DNA of 64,000 nt from an uncultured Ectothiorhodospiraceae bacterium (GCA_947258515.1 CAMYIO010000012.1:2020-66019); one strand, 5' to 3'. Shown: positions 29,713 through 41,709, numbered from the stretch's first letter. Notes: generated from the sequence alone by a model not told the origin. Program-made: numbers and translations.

Positions 29713-32700
29713 ATGGAATTAACCAAGAAAACACGCTATCTACTTGCCGGTACAGTGCTGACCGTACTGACAGCCTCCCTGTTTGCCGCCATGCGTTTCA
29801 TCCCCTCTACACAACCGGCAGCCGTCATCGGCAAATACGCGTTGAAGGATACCAGCCTGGCAGGCGGAACCATTGCCTACCGGCCGTTCTTCGAAAACGG
29901 CGCCTGGCAGGGAGACATCATTCAGTATGAAATCTCTGCAACCGGTGTACGCACGACTGACGCCAGCGTCGGTTCGAATTCACCGGTAGTCCCGGGCTCT
30001 TCCGGTGGCTGTGGCAAGACCGCACCGGATGGCTGCTGGATGGCACGTGCCACCTTTGAAAGCAAGGTGGCCAGCGTCACTGATTACTGGAAAGAAATCG
30101 ATGGTGGCAGAAACATCTTCACCTATGGTGACACGGATGATGACGGCGTCGCCGATACCCAGGTGGATTTCCTGTGGAGCAACCTGAGCGATATACAACG
30201 CGCCATACTGGACCCGGAAACCGCGGCAGTCCTGAATCCGTCACCGCTGACCGCTGCCTATGACAGTCCCATACTGAACTTTATCCGTGGCGATGACAGC
30301 AACGAAAAGGCCAATGGCGGCACCTACCGCAACCGCTACAGCCTGCTTGGTGACATCATCAATTCCTGGCCGCTCTACATAGGTGCACCCACCGAGAACT
30401 ATACCATATCGGGATTTACCGCCTTCAAAAACGCGCATTCAGGTACCAACCTGCGTGACGGGCGCATTGCCGTCGGCGCCAACGACGGCATGTTGCACGT
30501 CTTCGATGAAGACGATGGCTCCGAGGTCTATGCCTACGTGCCCTCCATGCTGCACGGCAAACTCGATCGCCTGAAGGTCTTGCCCTACGACAGCGTCAAC
30601 CACACCTACTACGTGGATGGCAAACTCACCTCGGTCTCCGCACAGATCAATGGTGCCTGGAAAACCGTATTGACGGGCGGCCTGGGTGCCGGCGGCACCG
30701 GCCTGTTCGCACTGGATGTCACCAACCCGGACCCCAGCAGCGACAAGATACTGTTTGAAGTCACCGGCAGTGATGTCGGTTATATCTACAGCCAGCCCAG
30801 TGTTGTTCGCCTCGACGATGATAACTGGTACATCGTCACCGGCAATGGCTACAACACCGGCGGGGCCGGCAAGCTGCTGCTGATCAGCCTCAACACAGGC
30901 AGCTACACCTCGATATCGACAGGCGTCAACGCCGGTTTGTCAGGGGCAACACTGGTGGATACCAATTCGGATACCTATGCGGATATCGCCTTTGCCGGTG
31001 ACGAAGACGGTAACCTGTGGAAGTTCTACCTGGGCAGCAGTCCGCCGTCACCCAATCCAGAAAGGCTTTACCAACCGCCGTTGGCGATTGGCGACAGCGC
31101 TTGACCAGCATAGTGGACGCCGTGGACCCGAGCTACCCGACACAGGCCCTTTATGGCATCTGGGACAGTGGGCCAGGCGAAGTCATCGTTACCCAGACAC
31201 TGGCCGAGGTCACCGACGCGACGTTCACCTATGGTGCAACCACCACCACGGAATCCATCCGTTATGTCGTGACCAACAACACCATTGACTACAACTGCGT
31301 GGCTGACGACGCCACCTGTGATATTGGCTGGAAGATCAACCTGCCCAACACGGGTGAACGTGTGGTCGGTCCTCCACAGCTGCGCAACAGCCGCATGATC
31401 GTGGTCACCAGCAATCCACTCGGTACCAGCGGCGGCTCCGATCTGGCCGGTGACAGCTGGATGATGTCGGTAAACTATCTCAGCGGTGGCGACAACAACG
31501 TCGTCGTCCTGAACCTGAACGGTGATGCGGATCTGAATGCCGCAGATGTCGTGGATATCGGTAGCGTGGATGACCCCGATCTGCGCGCGCCGGTCGGCCT
31601 GCACCTGGGTGACGGCAATATCTCGCAGCCGACACTGGCCAGTATCACGTCCGGTGTCGATGCCATCTTCATCAATGGCCTGCGCATGCCGCTGCCGATC
31701 ATCCCGCAGGTGAAAGGGCCACTGCTCGCCGGCCACCTCGATGTCGAGACCGACAGCCCGAGTGGCGGCAACATCGCCCCGAACAGCGTCAGCAAACTCA
31801 GTGAAGGCTACAATATCGAGACCAACGACGGCCTTGGCCTTGGCGTTGACGGTCACTTCCATAACTATGACACCAGCAACAACGTCACCTATGTGGATAT
31901 CTTCCAGCTGGAACCGCGTCGCGGCAAGGCCAGCTATGACCCCGTCTCGGCACCCTGCAGTAGTACAGAAAACGAGAAGACCATTGATATCACCGGTGAG
32001 GGAGATTGCCTGCAGGCGCTCGAGGGCGAACTGAACCGCGCCTACGACACCCTGGCAACCGACCGGGACGGCAATACAGATGCGGTCGCATCCGAGGTCT
32101 ATGCCCAGGGGACTGCACTGCCAATGGACAAAGATCAAGAGTTCATCGTGGTGCTTGCGAACGCCGACCTGTCACCGTCCGCCGAGCTGCAGATCGGCTG
32201 CCGCACCTGGAACGCGCAAAAATACCAGGACATGATCAGAGATCAGTTAGAGGATGATGGACTGACACCGTCAGAGCTGCGAGATACCAAACCCGAACAC
32301 GGTAATGCAACACTAATCTTTACGGCAGCCGACATCGCCTCGGGCGCTAGCGACCCGGGCGGCGTCAAATGCCCCGTGGACAGCCCGGACCCGACGTTGC
32401 GCATCTACTTTGCCAACTCGGACATCCTGCAGGGCGGCATCCACGGCACCCGTTCCCAGTGCGTCCTCGGCCTGCACGACTACCGCGACCCGATCAACTA
32501 CTGGGATAACGAGGTGCTCTGCTATGCCCCCAAATATAACAGTGGCGAAACAGTTGACTGCAGCGGTTTCACTAACCGTGACGGTGATCCGCTGCGCGAT
32601 CCCGGTAGCACCTATATCAAGGACCCGGCCGATAGCCTGCACATCACCAAGCTGCCAAGCACTGAGGGTACGGGCTACCGCTGGCGCAACGGCGCCCTGA

Positions 32701-33452
32701 CCGTGCAACTGCTCGAGGTCAACGATGGCAGCGCCGCCTACACCCTGCAGGACCCTGGCTTGCTACCGTCCGCGAACCCGGGTGGACGCTTCGGTGGCAC
32801 CCTTGCACAGGGATTCGAAGAAATCGGCAACGGCGCTACTGCCCGGCCGGCACCGCTGGAAGGCACCGATGAAAATGGCTTGCCAAATGAAAGCGGCCTG
32901 CTGCACGAGACCACTATCTACTGGCACCTCGGCGATCTTTCCGAGGGTGTCCAGCGCGGCGACCCGTCCTCGGTGCCGTGTTACGGCGATTCCAGCTGGA
33001 GCAGTGTCTGGTCCCAGGAAACCCGCGGCCTGACACAGGGCCAGTACCAGGCTCTGTACGATGATATCTTGGACGAGACACTGGCGGCCTATGATGCGGC
33101 GGTACTGGCCTTGCGCGCGGCGCTGGCCGCCGGCGATGAGGCCGCCGCCAACCAGGCACTGCTGGACCTGGGTGAAATGCTTGACCCCGATGTGGATAAG
33201 GACGGCAAACTGGCACGCTACCACCGCTACCGCGATTATGGCCCCGGCGCGGTACCGGAACAGCACCTGCGCAAGATTGACCAGGACCTGACCGATGACC
33301 CGAATGACCCGGATGACGACCCCAGTGTCGATGACGGTACCCCGGGGCAGGTCGATGACCTGACGACCGGACCCGGCACCTCGCTGAACCGCGAAATCCT
33401 TGGCCCGAACTTCGCCATCGGACGCCGCACCTGGATCGACTTGCGGCAATAA
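29713..33452 (+). CDS. pilY1: PilY1/PilC-type pilus tip protein, split by a frameshift near 31075
   Basis: ORF1 (29713-31104): signal peptide, LGDIINS.P, GANDGMLH.F, YYVDG, GLFALDVT, DTNSDTYAD, GNLWKF. ORF2 (to 33452): YGIWD, GWKINL..GERVV, terminal GRRTWIDL. Confidence 0.85.
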
Positions 33453-33458
33453 GGCCCC

Positions 33459-33485
33459 GTACCCGGCAGCCTGGCTGCCGGGTAC
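33459..33485. other. Perfect intercistronic hairpin between pilY1 and pilE
   Basis: GTACCCGGCAGC-CTG-GCTGCCGGGTAC with no U-tract. Confidence 0.6.
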
Positions 33486-33522
33486 CGACAACCCGTTACC
33501 CGGTAACAACAGGACCGTAGTT

Positions 33523-33963
33523 ATGAAAAATTCTGTACGTGGCATGACGCTGATCGAGCTTATGATTGTGGTTGCGATCCTTGGCATCATCACCGCCATT
33601 GGCTATCCCTCCTACCTGGATTATGTGAAGAAGACACGACGTGCTGAAGGCATGGGCGAACTGCTGGAACTGGCCGATCGCATGGAACGGCACTATTCCG
33701 ATATCGGCACCTATGACAAGGTTGTTTCGGGCGTTGTTTCAGATATGACTGCAGCGGATATCTATCGAACGACCACGGCGGGTGGCTACTACACCCTGTC
33801 GATCGCTGCCGGCACCACCAATGTGACCTTCACGGCCAGCGCGGCCCCCACCAGCAAGGGGCAACAGAACACTGACAAGTGCGGCACGTTTACTATCAGG
33901 GCCGATGGGAGAAAAACCGTGAGCGGAGGGTCCCTGTCTGCCACTGACTGCAACTGGCGATAA
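33523..33963 (+). CDS. pilE: Type IV pilus minor pilin PilE
   Basis: RG|MTLIELMIVV, YPSY..YV..RRAE, MER.Y, Q..D.CG. Confidence 0.92.
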   Translation: MKNSVRGMTLIELMIVVAILGIITAIGYPSYLDYVKKTRRAEGMGELLELADRMERHYSDIGTYDKVVSGVVSDMTAADIYRTTTAGGYYTLSIAAGTTNVTFTASAAPTSKGQQNTDKCGTFTIRADGRKTVSGGSLSATDCNWR

Positions 33964-34019
33964 GCAGAACGGCAAACGCCGGCTGGCTGTCGACCCTTGC
34001 TGAGGTTCTGCCACAACCC

Positions 34020-34091
34020 TGTAGGAGCGCCGTCCCCGGCGCGAATCGGGGTATGACCAAAAACAATCGCGCCGGGGACGGCGCTCCTACA
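34020..34091. repeat. Inverted REP pair (GTAG-type)
   Basis: TGTAGGAGCGCCGTCCCCGGCGCGA and its exact reverse complement at 34067-34091; same unit as 9813-9837. Confidence 0.9.
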
Positions 34092-34126
34092 ATCATCTTT
34101 TGATTGCGTTAACTCGGCAAAAAACG

Positions 34127-35089
34127 TCAGGATCGTACTGCCGGCTTTAATTCAGCCGGCAAGGCAAAGGTCACCGGCTCTTTCTTTCCCCGGGATTCCG
34201 GCGCCAGCACGGCACCCCAGTCACACAACTGCTGTACGACCCCGGTCACAATGTCCTCCGGCGCAGACGCACCGGCAGTCACGCCAATGCAGTGTTTGCC
34301 GTTAATCCACGCTTGCCGTATCTGGCTTGCCTCGTCGATCAGATACGAGGGAACGCCCTTGTTTTCACCGAGTTCACGCAGGCGGTTTGAGTTGGAACTG
34401 TTGGGGGAGCCCACCACCAGGATCACATCGCACTGCTGTGCGAGCATCTTGACGGCATCCTGGCGGTTCTGGGTGGCGTAGCAGATATCATCCTTGCGCG
34501 GCCCCTGGATCTTCGGGAAGCGCGCTTTCAGGGCATCGATGACACGCAAAGTATCATCGACCGACAGGGTCGTCTGGGTCACGAAGGCCAGCTCATCAGA
34601 CTGCTTCACCTGCAAGCAGGCAACGTCCGCGGGTGTTTCGACGAGGTACATGCTGCCACCCCTGGACTCATCATACTGTCCCATGGTTCCCTCTAACTCA
34701 GGATGGCCCTTGTGGCCGATGAGGATGCACTCGCGCCCTGCTTCGGCGTGCCGGCTGACCTCCAGATGCACCTTGGTCACCAGTGGACAGGTCGCATCAA
34801 AGACACGCAGGCTGCGGCGTTCGCCTTCTGTATGGACCGCCCGTGACACACCGTGGGCGCTGAAGATGACCGTGCTGCCATCCGGCACCTCGCCCAGTTC
34901 ATCGACAAACACGGTACCGCGCGCGCGCAGGCCTTCAACCACATGACGGTTATGCACGACTTCATGGCGCACGTAGATGGGGGAACCAAACAGTTCCAGC
35001 GCGCGTTCGACGATCTCGATGGCGCGATCGACACCGGCACAAAAACCACGTGGATTGGCAAGAATAATCTTTGCAGGGCTGTTCGTCAT
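34127..35089 (-). CDS. ispH: 4-hydroxy-3-methylbut-2-enyl diphosphate reductase
   Basis: [29 protein letters not shown]. Confidence 0.98.
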   Translation of the reverse strand: MTNSPAKIILANPRGFCAGVDRAIEIVERALELFGSPIYVRHEVVHNRHVVEGLRARGTVFVDELGEVPDGSTVIFSAHGVSRAVHTEGERRSLRVFDATCPLVTKVHLEVSRHAEAGRECILIGHKGHPELEGTMGQYDESRGGSMYLVETPADVACLQVKQSDELAFVTQTTLSVDDTLRVIDALKARFPKIQGPRKDDICYATQNRQDAVKMLAQQCDVILVVGSPNSSNSNRLRELGENKGVPSYLIDEASQIRQAWINGKHCIGVTAGASAPEDIVTGVVQQLCDWGAVLAPESRGKKEPVTFALPAELKPAVRS

Positions 35090-35130
35090 GTCTGTGATTA
35101 TAGGTGATTAGCGGGTCCGGGTAGCGCCTG

Positions 35131-35574
35131 TCATGCCCCTGCCGGCACGACCGCAAGGATCTCCACCTCGAAGACAACGACCCGGCCTGCCAGGGGATGA
35201 TTAAAATCCACGCTGACGGTTTCATCGTCCAGTGAAACGATGGTACCCGGCAGTTCCTCACCCGACGGGGTATCGAAACCGATGATAACGCCCGGTTGCA
35301 GCTCCAGCTCGGCGGAAAACTCCTTGCGGGCCAACGCATGCAGCTTGTCCGGATCATGCAGACCAAAGGCCTGTTGCGGCTCCAGTACCAGCCGCTGCGT
35401 AGCCCCGGCCCTGAGACCATAGAGTCCCAGCTCCAGTCCCGCGACCAGGGTGCCATCACCCATGGTGAACGTTAGCGGTTCATCCTCAAAGGTACTTTCC
35501 GCGACCGTACCGTCTTCCAGCGCCAGCGACAGGTGCAGGGTAACGGTACTTTCAGGACTGATGGGGTATTTCAC
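35131..35574 (-). CDS. fkpB: FKBP-type PPIase SlpA/FkpB
   Basis: DFNHPLAG motif; conserved position between lspA and ispH. Confidence 0.9.
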   Translation of the reverse strand: MKYPISPESTVTLHLSLALEDGTVAESTFEDEPLTFTMGDGTLVAGLELGLYGLRAGATQRLVLEPQQAFGLHDPDKLHALARKEFSAELELQPGVIIGFDTPSGEELPGTIVSLDDETVSVDFNHPLAGRVVVFEVEILAVVPAGA

Positions 35575-35603
35575 GTAACACTACCTTGATAGTTTGATTA
35601 ATT

Positions 35604-35653
35604 TGTAGGAGCGGCGTCTCGCCGCGATTCGCGCCGGGGACGACGCTCCTACA
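35604..35653. repeat. Inverted REP pair (GTAG-type)
   Basis: TGTAGGAGCGGCGTCTCGCCGCGA followed by TCGCGCCGGGGACGACGCTCCTACA. Confidence 0.85.
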
Positions 35654-35665
35654 ATATCTGCAGCA

Positions 35666-35914
35666 CTAGGCTGCTGGGGATGCTTTGCCTTGGCCCCGGA
35701 AAGCATCCAGTATCAGCAGGAACGCACCCACCGAGATAGCCGAATCGGCGATGTTGAACGTCGGCCAGTGCCAGCTGCCATAGAACACATCGATAAAATC
35801 GATCACGTAACCGTACACCAACCGGTCGATCAGGTTACCGGCAGCCCCGCCGAGGATGAGCACCAGTGCCAGCCGGGCGGTCGTGTCACCCGGCGGCAGG
35901 CTTTGCGCCATCAT
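35666..35914 (-). pseudogene. lspA: Lipoprotein signal peptidase II, C-terminal half only
   Basis: [15 protein letters not shown] and WPTFNIAD are present; the N-terminal ~80 aa are absent and there is no room for them before the ileS stop. Confidence 0.85.
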
Positions 35915-35989
35915 GGTATTAAGGTATCGCACTGTCTGCAGGGTGCACTCCGCGCACCGCATTGATTCACTGGTTCAACCAGAGGCTCC

Positions 35990-38836
35990 CTAGACAAAAT
36001 GGCGCGACTCGCCGGTTGCGGCTATATTCTCGACACAGCGGCCGCATAGCTCCGGATGTTCCGCATGGCTGCCCACATCCTCACGGTGATGCCAGCAGCG
36101 CACACATTTTTCAAAGCCGGACGGGCTGACCTTGATACTGAACGACAGGCCGGGCACGTCGGCCACCACCGCATCACCGGGGCATTCGGCTTCATCATGC
36201 ACGCGCGCATAGGAGGTGATCAGTAAAAACCGCAGTTCATCCTCGATGGCCATCAGCTGGAAGCGTGTCTCGGCATCGGCATACAGGTCCACCTCGGCAT
36301 CCAGTGAGGAACCAATACTGCCATCGGCACGCAGCTTTTCCAGCTCCTTGCTGACGGCCTCACGCACGGCGCCAAGGCGCTCCCAGAAATCAACCCCCAT
36401 GCGCTGCAGGATTTCGCCTTCCGAGTAATAGGCGGGTGGCAGCTCATACCAGCCCGACAGGAATACGGAGTCCTCGCGCGTGCCGGGCAGGTGTTGCCAG
36501 ATTTCCTCGGCCGTGAAGCTCAGGATGGGTGCCAGCCAGCGCACCAGCGCCTCGGCGACATGGTACATGGCCGTCTGTGCCGAGCGCCGCGGGATACTGT
36601 CTGCCTGCGTGGTGTACTGGCGGTCCTTGATGATATCCAGGTAGAAACTGCCCATGTTGACCACGCAAAAGTTATGCACCAGCTGAAAGATGCGGTGAAA
36701 CTCGTACTGTTCGTAGGCGTCCTGCACCTGTTCCTGTAACTTGCGGGTACGCTCCAGTAACCAGTGGTCCAGGCACAACATGTCTTCCGGGTCGAGCAGA
36801 TGCAACGCCGGGTCAAATCCGGCCAGGTTGGCAAGCAGAAACCTGGAGGTATTGCGTAGCCGGCGGTAGGCCTCTGCCGTGCGTTTCAGGATCTCGTCCG
36901 AAACATTCATTTCGCCGCGGTAATCCGTTGCCGCCACCCACAGGCGCAGTATGTCGGCACCCAGCGAATTCACGATCTTCTGTGGCGCGACCACATTGCC
37001 ACGCGACTTGGACATTTTCTGCCCCCTGGCATCCACCGTAAAACCGTGCGTCAACACCGTCCTGTAAGGTGCCGTTCCACGCATCGCGATGGAGCTCAAC
37101 AGTGAAGACTGGAACCAGCCACGGTGCTGATCAGAACCTTCCAGGTACAGGTCAGCCGGCACACCCAGGCTGGCGTTGCGTTCCAGCACGGCAAAATGCG
37201 TCACTCCGGAGTCGAACCAGACATCCAGGGTATCGCCGACCTTTTCATAGGCAGCGGCCTCATCGCCCAGCAGCTCTGCCGCATCGAGTTCAAACCAGGC
37301 ATCGATGCCTGACGCCTCTACGCGCTGCGCAATCTCCTCGATCAGGCGGCCGCTTTCCGGGTGCAATTCACCACTGTGTTTATTGACAAACAGGGCAATC
37401 GGCACACCCCAGGTGCGCTGCCTGGAGATACACCAGTCCGGCCGTCCCTCCACCATGCCCTCTATGCGCGCCTCGCCCCAGTCCGGCAGCCACTGCACGT
37501 CCTTGATAGCCTTCAATGCGGCCTCGCGCAGGCCGTTCTGTCCCATGCTGATAAACCATTGCGGCGTGGCACGAAAGATAATGGGGGTCTTGTGCCGCCA
37601 GCAATGCGGGTAGCTGTGACGCAACATCTGCTCGTGCAGCAAGTTGCCCTTGCCCTTGAGTACCTCGATGACATGGCCATTGGCGGCGAACACATGTTCA
37701 CCGGCAAAAAACTCCGTATCGGGTAAAAAGCAACCGTTACTGTCTACCGGGTTGTCGACCGGCAGGCCATAACGGCTGCCCACCACGAAGTCGTCCTGGC
37801 CATGTCCCGGTGCCGTATGTACCGCACCCGTGCCCGCCTCGGCAGTCACATGATCACCCAGGATCACCGGCACTTCACGGTTGTATAAAGGATGCCCGAG
37901 CAGTTGCCCTTCCAGATCACTGCCCTTGCAGTAAGCAACAACCTGGTATTTTTCAATACCGAAACGCAGCATGACGTCCTTCAGCAGGCACTCTGCCAGC
38001 AGCAGCCTTTCGGCCCCGGCATCGGTATCGCACTGCACCACGGCATATTCAAAGTCCGGATTCAGCGCCACCGCCTGGTTCGCCGGCAAGGTCCAGGGTG
38101 TCGTCGTCCAGATGACAACCGAGATCGGTCCCTCGCCGTCATGACCATTGATGTGATGACAACAGGACAACAGGCCGTCCTCGTTCAATACCCGGAAACG
38201 TACGTCGATGGCGGGGGAATTCTTGTCTTCGTACTCGACCTCGGCCTCCGCGAGCGCCGAACGGCAATCCGTACACCAGTGTACCGGCTTGGAACCCTTG
38301 TGCAGGTGCCCGTTCTCCACGATCCTTCCCAGCGCACGGATGATATCCGCCTCGAAGTGATAATCCATGGTGAGATAGGGAGCCTGCCAGTCACCGAACA
38401 CACCGAGCCGAATGAAATCCTTGCGCTGGCCGTGCACCTGCTTGCCTGCGTAATCACGGCAGGCCTTCCTGAACGTCGCTGCATCGACCTTCACACCCGC
38501 CTTGCCGACCTTCTTCTCGACATTGAGCTCTATCGGCAAACCATGGCAGTCCCAGCCCGGCACATAGGGGGCGTCAAAGCCACTCAGGGTCTTGCTCTTG
38601 ACGATGATGTCCTTCAACACCTTGTTGACGGCATGTCCGATATGGATATCGCCGTTGGCATAGGGTGGACCATCATGCAGTACAAACCGGGGACGGCCCG
38701 CTCCTGACTGCCGCAGCCTGGCGTACAGTGCCATCTCCTCCCAGCGCTGCAGCTGCTGTGGCTCGCGATTGGGCAAATTACCCTTCATCGGGAAAGCCGT
38801 TTTGGGGAGGTTCAGTGTGTCTTTGTAGTCAGTCAT
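35990..38836 (-). CDS. ileS: Isoleucine--tRNA ligase
   Basis: [19 protein letters not shown]-terminal zinc finger. Confidence 0.98.
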   Translation of the reverse strand: MTDYKDTLNLPKTAFPMKGNLPNREPQQLQRWEEMALYARLRQSGAGRPRFVLHDGPPYANGDIHIGHAVNKVLKDIIVKSKTLSGFDAPYVPGWDCHGLPIELNVEKKVGKAGVKVDAATFRKACRDYAGKQVHGQRKDFIRLGVFGDWQAPYLTMDYHFEADIIRALGRIVENGHLHKGSKPVHWCTDCRSALAEAEVEYEDKNSPAIDVRFRVLNEDGLLSCCHHINGHDGEGPISVVIWTTTPWTLPANQAVALNPDFEYAVVQCDTDAGAERLLLAECLLKDVMLRFGIEKYQVVAYCKGSDLEGQLLGHPLYNREVPVILGDHVTAEAGTGAVHTAPGHGQDDFVVGSRYGLPVDNPVDSNGCFLPDTEFFAGEHVFAANGHVIEVLKGKGNLLHEQMLRHSYPHCWRHKTPIIFRATPQWFISMGQNGLREAALKAIKDVQWLPDWGEARIEGMVEGRPDWCISRQRTWGVPIALFVNKHSGELHPESGRLIEEIAQRVEASGIDAWFELDAAELLGDEAAAYEKVGDTLDVWFDSGVTHFAVLERNASLGVPADLYLEGSDQHRGWFQSSLLSSIAMRGTAPYRTVLTHGFTVDARGQKMSKSRGNVVAPQKIVNSLGADILRLWVAATDYRGEMNVSDEILKRTAEAYRRLRNTSRFLLANLAGFDPALHLLDPEDMLCLDHWLLERTRKLQEQVQDAYEQYEFHRIFQLVHNFCVVNMGSFYLDIIKDRQYTTQADSIPRRSAQTAMYHVAEALVRWLAPILSFTAEEIWQHLPGTREDSVFLSGWYELPPAYYSEGEILQRMGVDFWERLGAVREAVSKELEKLRADGSIGSSLDAEVDLYADAETRFQLMAIEDELRFLLITSYARVHDEAECPGDAVVADVPGLSFSIKVSPSGFEKCVRCWHHREDVGSHAEHPELCGRCVENIAATGESRHFV

Positions 38837-38934
38837 GTGTACAGCTACCGCCAGCGCGCAGAAGGCGCAAAGTTATAACCCAATAAGCCAGTGAATCCCA
38901 CTTATCTTTAGTAATGGGGGGATAACGGCATCCT

Positions 38935-39870
38935 TCATGCGGCTGTCTCCCTGAAAAATTCACGGGCCTGCTGCGCATCCCGCCGGATTTGCTGTTTCAG
39001 CATCTGGAACGATTCAAACTTGTATTCCGCGCGCAGCTTCTTCAAAAAACTGACCTGTACATGACGCCCGTAAATGTCGCGATCGAAGTCAAACAGGTGC
39101 ACCTCCAGCAACGCACGGGTGCCACCGACGGTTGGCCGGGTACCCACGTTCGCTACCCCCGCTATCGGGCGATTATCGAGTCCGCGCATTTCCACGGCGA
39201 AGACCCCGTCGACGGGGACCGCGGTTCGGTGCAAAAAGATATTCGCCGTCGGAAAGCCGATCGTACGTCCGCGCTTGTCGCCGTGCGCAACCCGGCCGCT
39301 CATCCAGAAAGGCCGGCCCAGCAACGCCGCTGCCGTGTGTAAATCACCCTCCCGCAGGGCCGAGCGAATGCGGGTGCTGCTGACCCGCTGCGTGCCGACA
39401 TTGAAGGTCGGCGTCGTCACGACCGGAAAACCGTGCGTGTTTCCGGCCTGTTCCAGCATCGCATGATTACCGGCACGTTCCCTGCCAAAACGAAAATCGT
39501 CACCGACAACCAGGTATTTCACGGCCAGGCCGTCAAGCAGGATCCTCTGGATAAACTCATCCGCTGTCAGACCCGCGAGGTAGCTGTTGAAACGCAGGCA
39601 CACCACCCGGTCAACCTGACAGTGCCGCAGCACTTCCAGCTTTTCCCGAAATCGCGTCAGCCTTGGCGGTGCCGACTGCGGCGCGAAATACTCGCGCGGC
39701 TGTGGTTCAAAGGTGATCAGCGTCACCGGCAGGCGGCGTTCCCTGCCCTGCTCGGCCAACTGTGCCAGCACGGCCTGATGACCCAGATGGATGCCATCGA
39801 AGCTGCCAATCGTTGCCGCACAACCCAGGTGCACAGGGCGCAGATTGTGTAAACCACGAACCAGTTCCAT
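38935..39870 (-). CDS. ribF: Riboflavin kinase / FAD synthetase
   Basis: FDGIHLGH, VSSTRIR, GRTIGFPTAN, EVH. Confidence 0.97.
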   Translation of the reverse strand: MELVRGLHNLRPVHLGCAATIGSFDGIHLGHQAVLAQLAEQGRERRLPVTLITFEPQPREYFAPQSAPPRLTRFREKLEVLRHCQVDRVVCLRFNSYLAGLTADEFIQRILLDGLAVKYLVVGDDFRFGRERAGNHAMLEQAGNTHGFPVVTTPTFNVGTQRVSSTRIRSALREGDLHTAAALLGRPFWMSGRVAHGDKRGRTIGFPTANIFLHRTAVPVDGVFAVEMRGLDNRPIAGVANVGTRPTVGGTRALLEVHLFDFDRDIYGRHVQVSFLKKLRAEYKFESFQMLKQQIRRDAQQAREFFRETAA

Positions 39871-39924
39871 CAGCGGCAATCCAGCCTCAGTTGCGAAATG
39901 CGCAAGTATAAATCATTCAGGCAC

Positions 39925-41499
39925 CTAACCTTCATCATGGTGCTGCTGCAACAGCGTCTTGATACGCAATCCGCAAAGATGCAAGGCAATGAAGTAGCTG
40001 GCCGCCCCTGCCAGCACCCACACCAGCAGGCCGCTTACACGCGACCAGGCGGACCATTCCAGCCAGGCCTGCAACGCGGGCATGCCCAGCAGCAGGACAG
40101 CGGCAAGCGCTATCGCTGCGCAACCGAGTTGCAGGGACAAGCGCGGCCACCCCGATTCCGGTCGATAGACCTGTTTCTTTTTCAGCATGTGAAACAACAG
40201 TCCGGCGTTGACCCAGGCGGCGAGCGAGGTGGCCAGCGCCAGCCCGGCATGCGGTCCGGGAATATCCAGCAGTACCATGGGCACGACAAACAGCAGGTTC
40301 AGGACGATATTGGTCAATAGCGCAGCAACCGCAATGCGCACAGGTGTCACGGTGTCCTTGCGGGAATAGAACGCCGGCGCCAGCACCTTCACCAGCATGA
40401 AACCCGGCAACCCGACCGCATAGGCCATCAGGCTCAGGCCGGCCATGTCCACGTCAGCGGCACCGAAGTCACCGTAATTGAAGAGCGTCACCAGCATCGG
40501 CCGTGCCAGTAAAAAGAGTCCGACGGCCGAGGGTATACCGATCAGCAGCACCATGCGCAGGGCCCAGTCCACGGTACGCGAGAATTCATCAGCCGACTCA
40601 TTGGCGTGGCTGCGCGACAGGCTCGGCAGGATTACGGTGGAGAGGGCAATGGCAAACACGCCCAGCGGAAACTCCACCAGACGGTCAGAGTAGTACAGCC
40701 AGCTGACGCTGCCGGCTACCAGGAAGGAGGCAATCAGGGTGTCGAACAGCAGGTTGATCTGCGCCACAGAAGAACCCAGGATACCCGGCAGCATCAGTTT
40801 CATGATGCGACGCACACCGCTATCCTGCCAGCCCCAGGAAGGCCGGGGAAACAGGCCGATGCGCTTCAGGGAGGGGACCAGGAACAGCACCTGTACAACG
40901 CCTGCAACGAACACACCGGCAGCCAGTGCCATCTCGGGTTGTGCCAGGTGCGGTGATACCAGGATTGCAGCCCCGATCAATACCACATTCAACCACACCG
41001 ACACGAAGGAAGCGGCGGCAAAGCGGCCATAGGTATTCAGTATCCCTGCCGCAAAAGCGACCAGGGAAATGAACAGCAGGTAGGGAAAGGTCAGTCGCAG
41101 CATCAAGGCCGCGAGCTCAAACTGTGCGGGGTCGCGGTAGAGAAAGCCGGGCGCGAAGAGGGTCACCAGTACCGGGCTCGCCAGCACCCCGATAACGCAC
41201 AGGACAGACAGCACGCCCAGCAGGGTACCGCCCACCTTGTTGACCAGTTGCTGCACCGAGGCGTGGTCACGCTGTTCCCTGTATTCGGAGATGATCGGCA
41301 CGAACGCCTGCGAAAAGGCGCCTTCAGCGAACAGGCGGCGTAAAAAGTTCGGTATCTTGAAGGCCACGAAGAAGGCATCCATGTTCGCATTGGCCCCAAA
41401 CCAGCGCGCCAGCACCATGTCTCTGAGCAGGCCCAACACCCGTGACACCAGCGTCATGCTTCCCACAATCGCTGTGTTTTTCAGTAACTTATGGCGCAT
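39925..41499 (-). CDS. murJ: Lipid II flippase
   Basis: SRVLGLLRD, PNFLRRLFAEGAFSQAFVP, DRLVEFPLG. Confidence 0.97.
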   Translation of the reverse strand: MRHKLLKNTAIVGSMTLVSRVLGLLRDMVLARWFGANANMDAFFVAFKIPNFLRRLFAEGAFSQAFVPIISEYREQRDHASVQQLVNKVGGTLLGVLSVLCVIGVLASPVLVTLFAPGFLYRDPAQFELAALMLRLTFPYLLFISLVAFAAGILNTYGRFAAASFVSVWLNVVLIGAAILVSPHLAQPEMALAAGVFVAGVVQVLFLVPSLKRIGLFPRPSWGWQDSGVRRIMKLMLPGILGSSVAQINLLFDTLIASFLVAGSVSWLYYSDRLVEFPLGVFAIALSTVILPSLSRSHANESADEFSRTVDWALRMVLLIGIPSAVGLFLLARPMLVTLFNYGDFGAADVDMAGLSLMAYAVGLPGFMLVKVLAPAFYSRKDTVTPVRIAVAALLTNIVLNLLFVVPMVLLDIPGPHAGLALATSLAAWVNAGLLFHMLKKKQVYRPESGWPRLSLQLGCAAIALAAVLLLGMPALQAWLEWSAWSRVSGLLVWVLAGAASYFIALHLCGLRIKTLLQQHHDEG

Positions 41500-41680
41500 G
41501 TAACGGATATTTTCCAGACATGGACTGACTTTTCCTTCGCAGCAGTTGAAAAGGTTTCAATTAAAACAGTAGCTTATCAGCAGATTCGGCAAGGCGCACC
41601 GTTTTGATGCCGCTGTTGCATGGCGACACACTAGGTTGCCCCGACTTACCTAAAAAACGCGACCAATGACGTTCGCAGGA

Positions 41681-41709
41681 TTGACAAAGAATACTGAAAT
41701 CCGCATAGT
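41681..41709 (+). promoter_or_regulatory. Sigma70-type promoter of rpsT
   Basis: TTGACA - 17 nt - CATAGT upstream of the TTG start. Confidence 0.65.
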
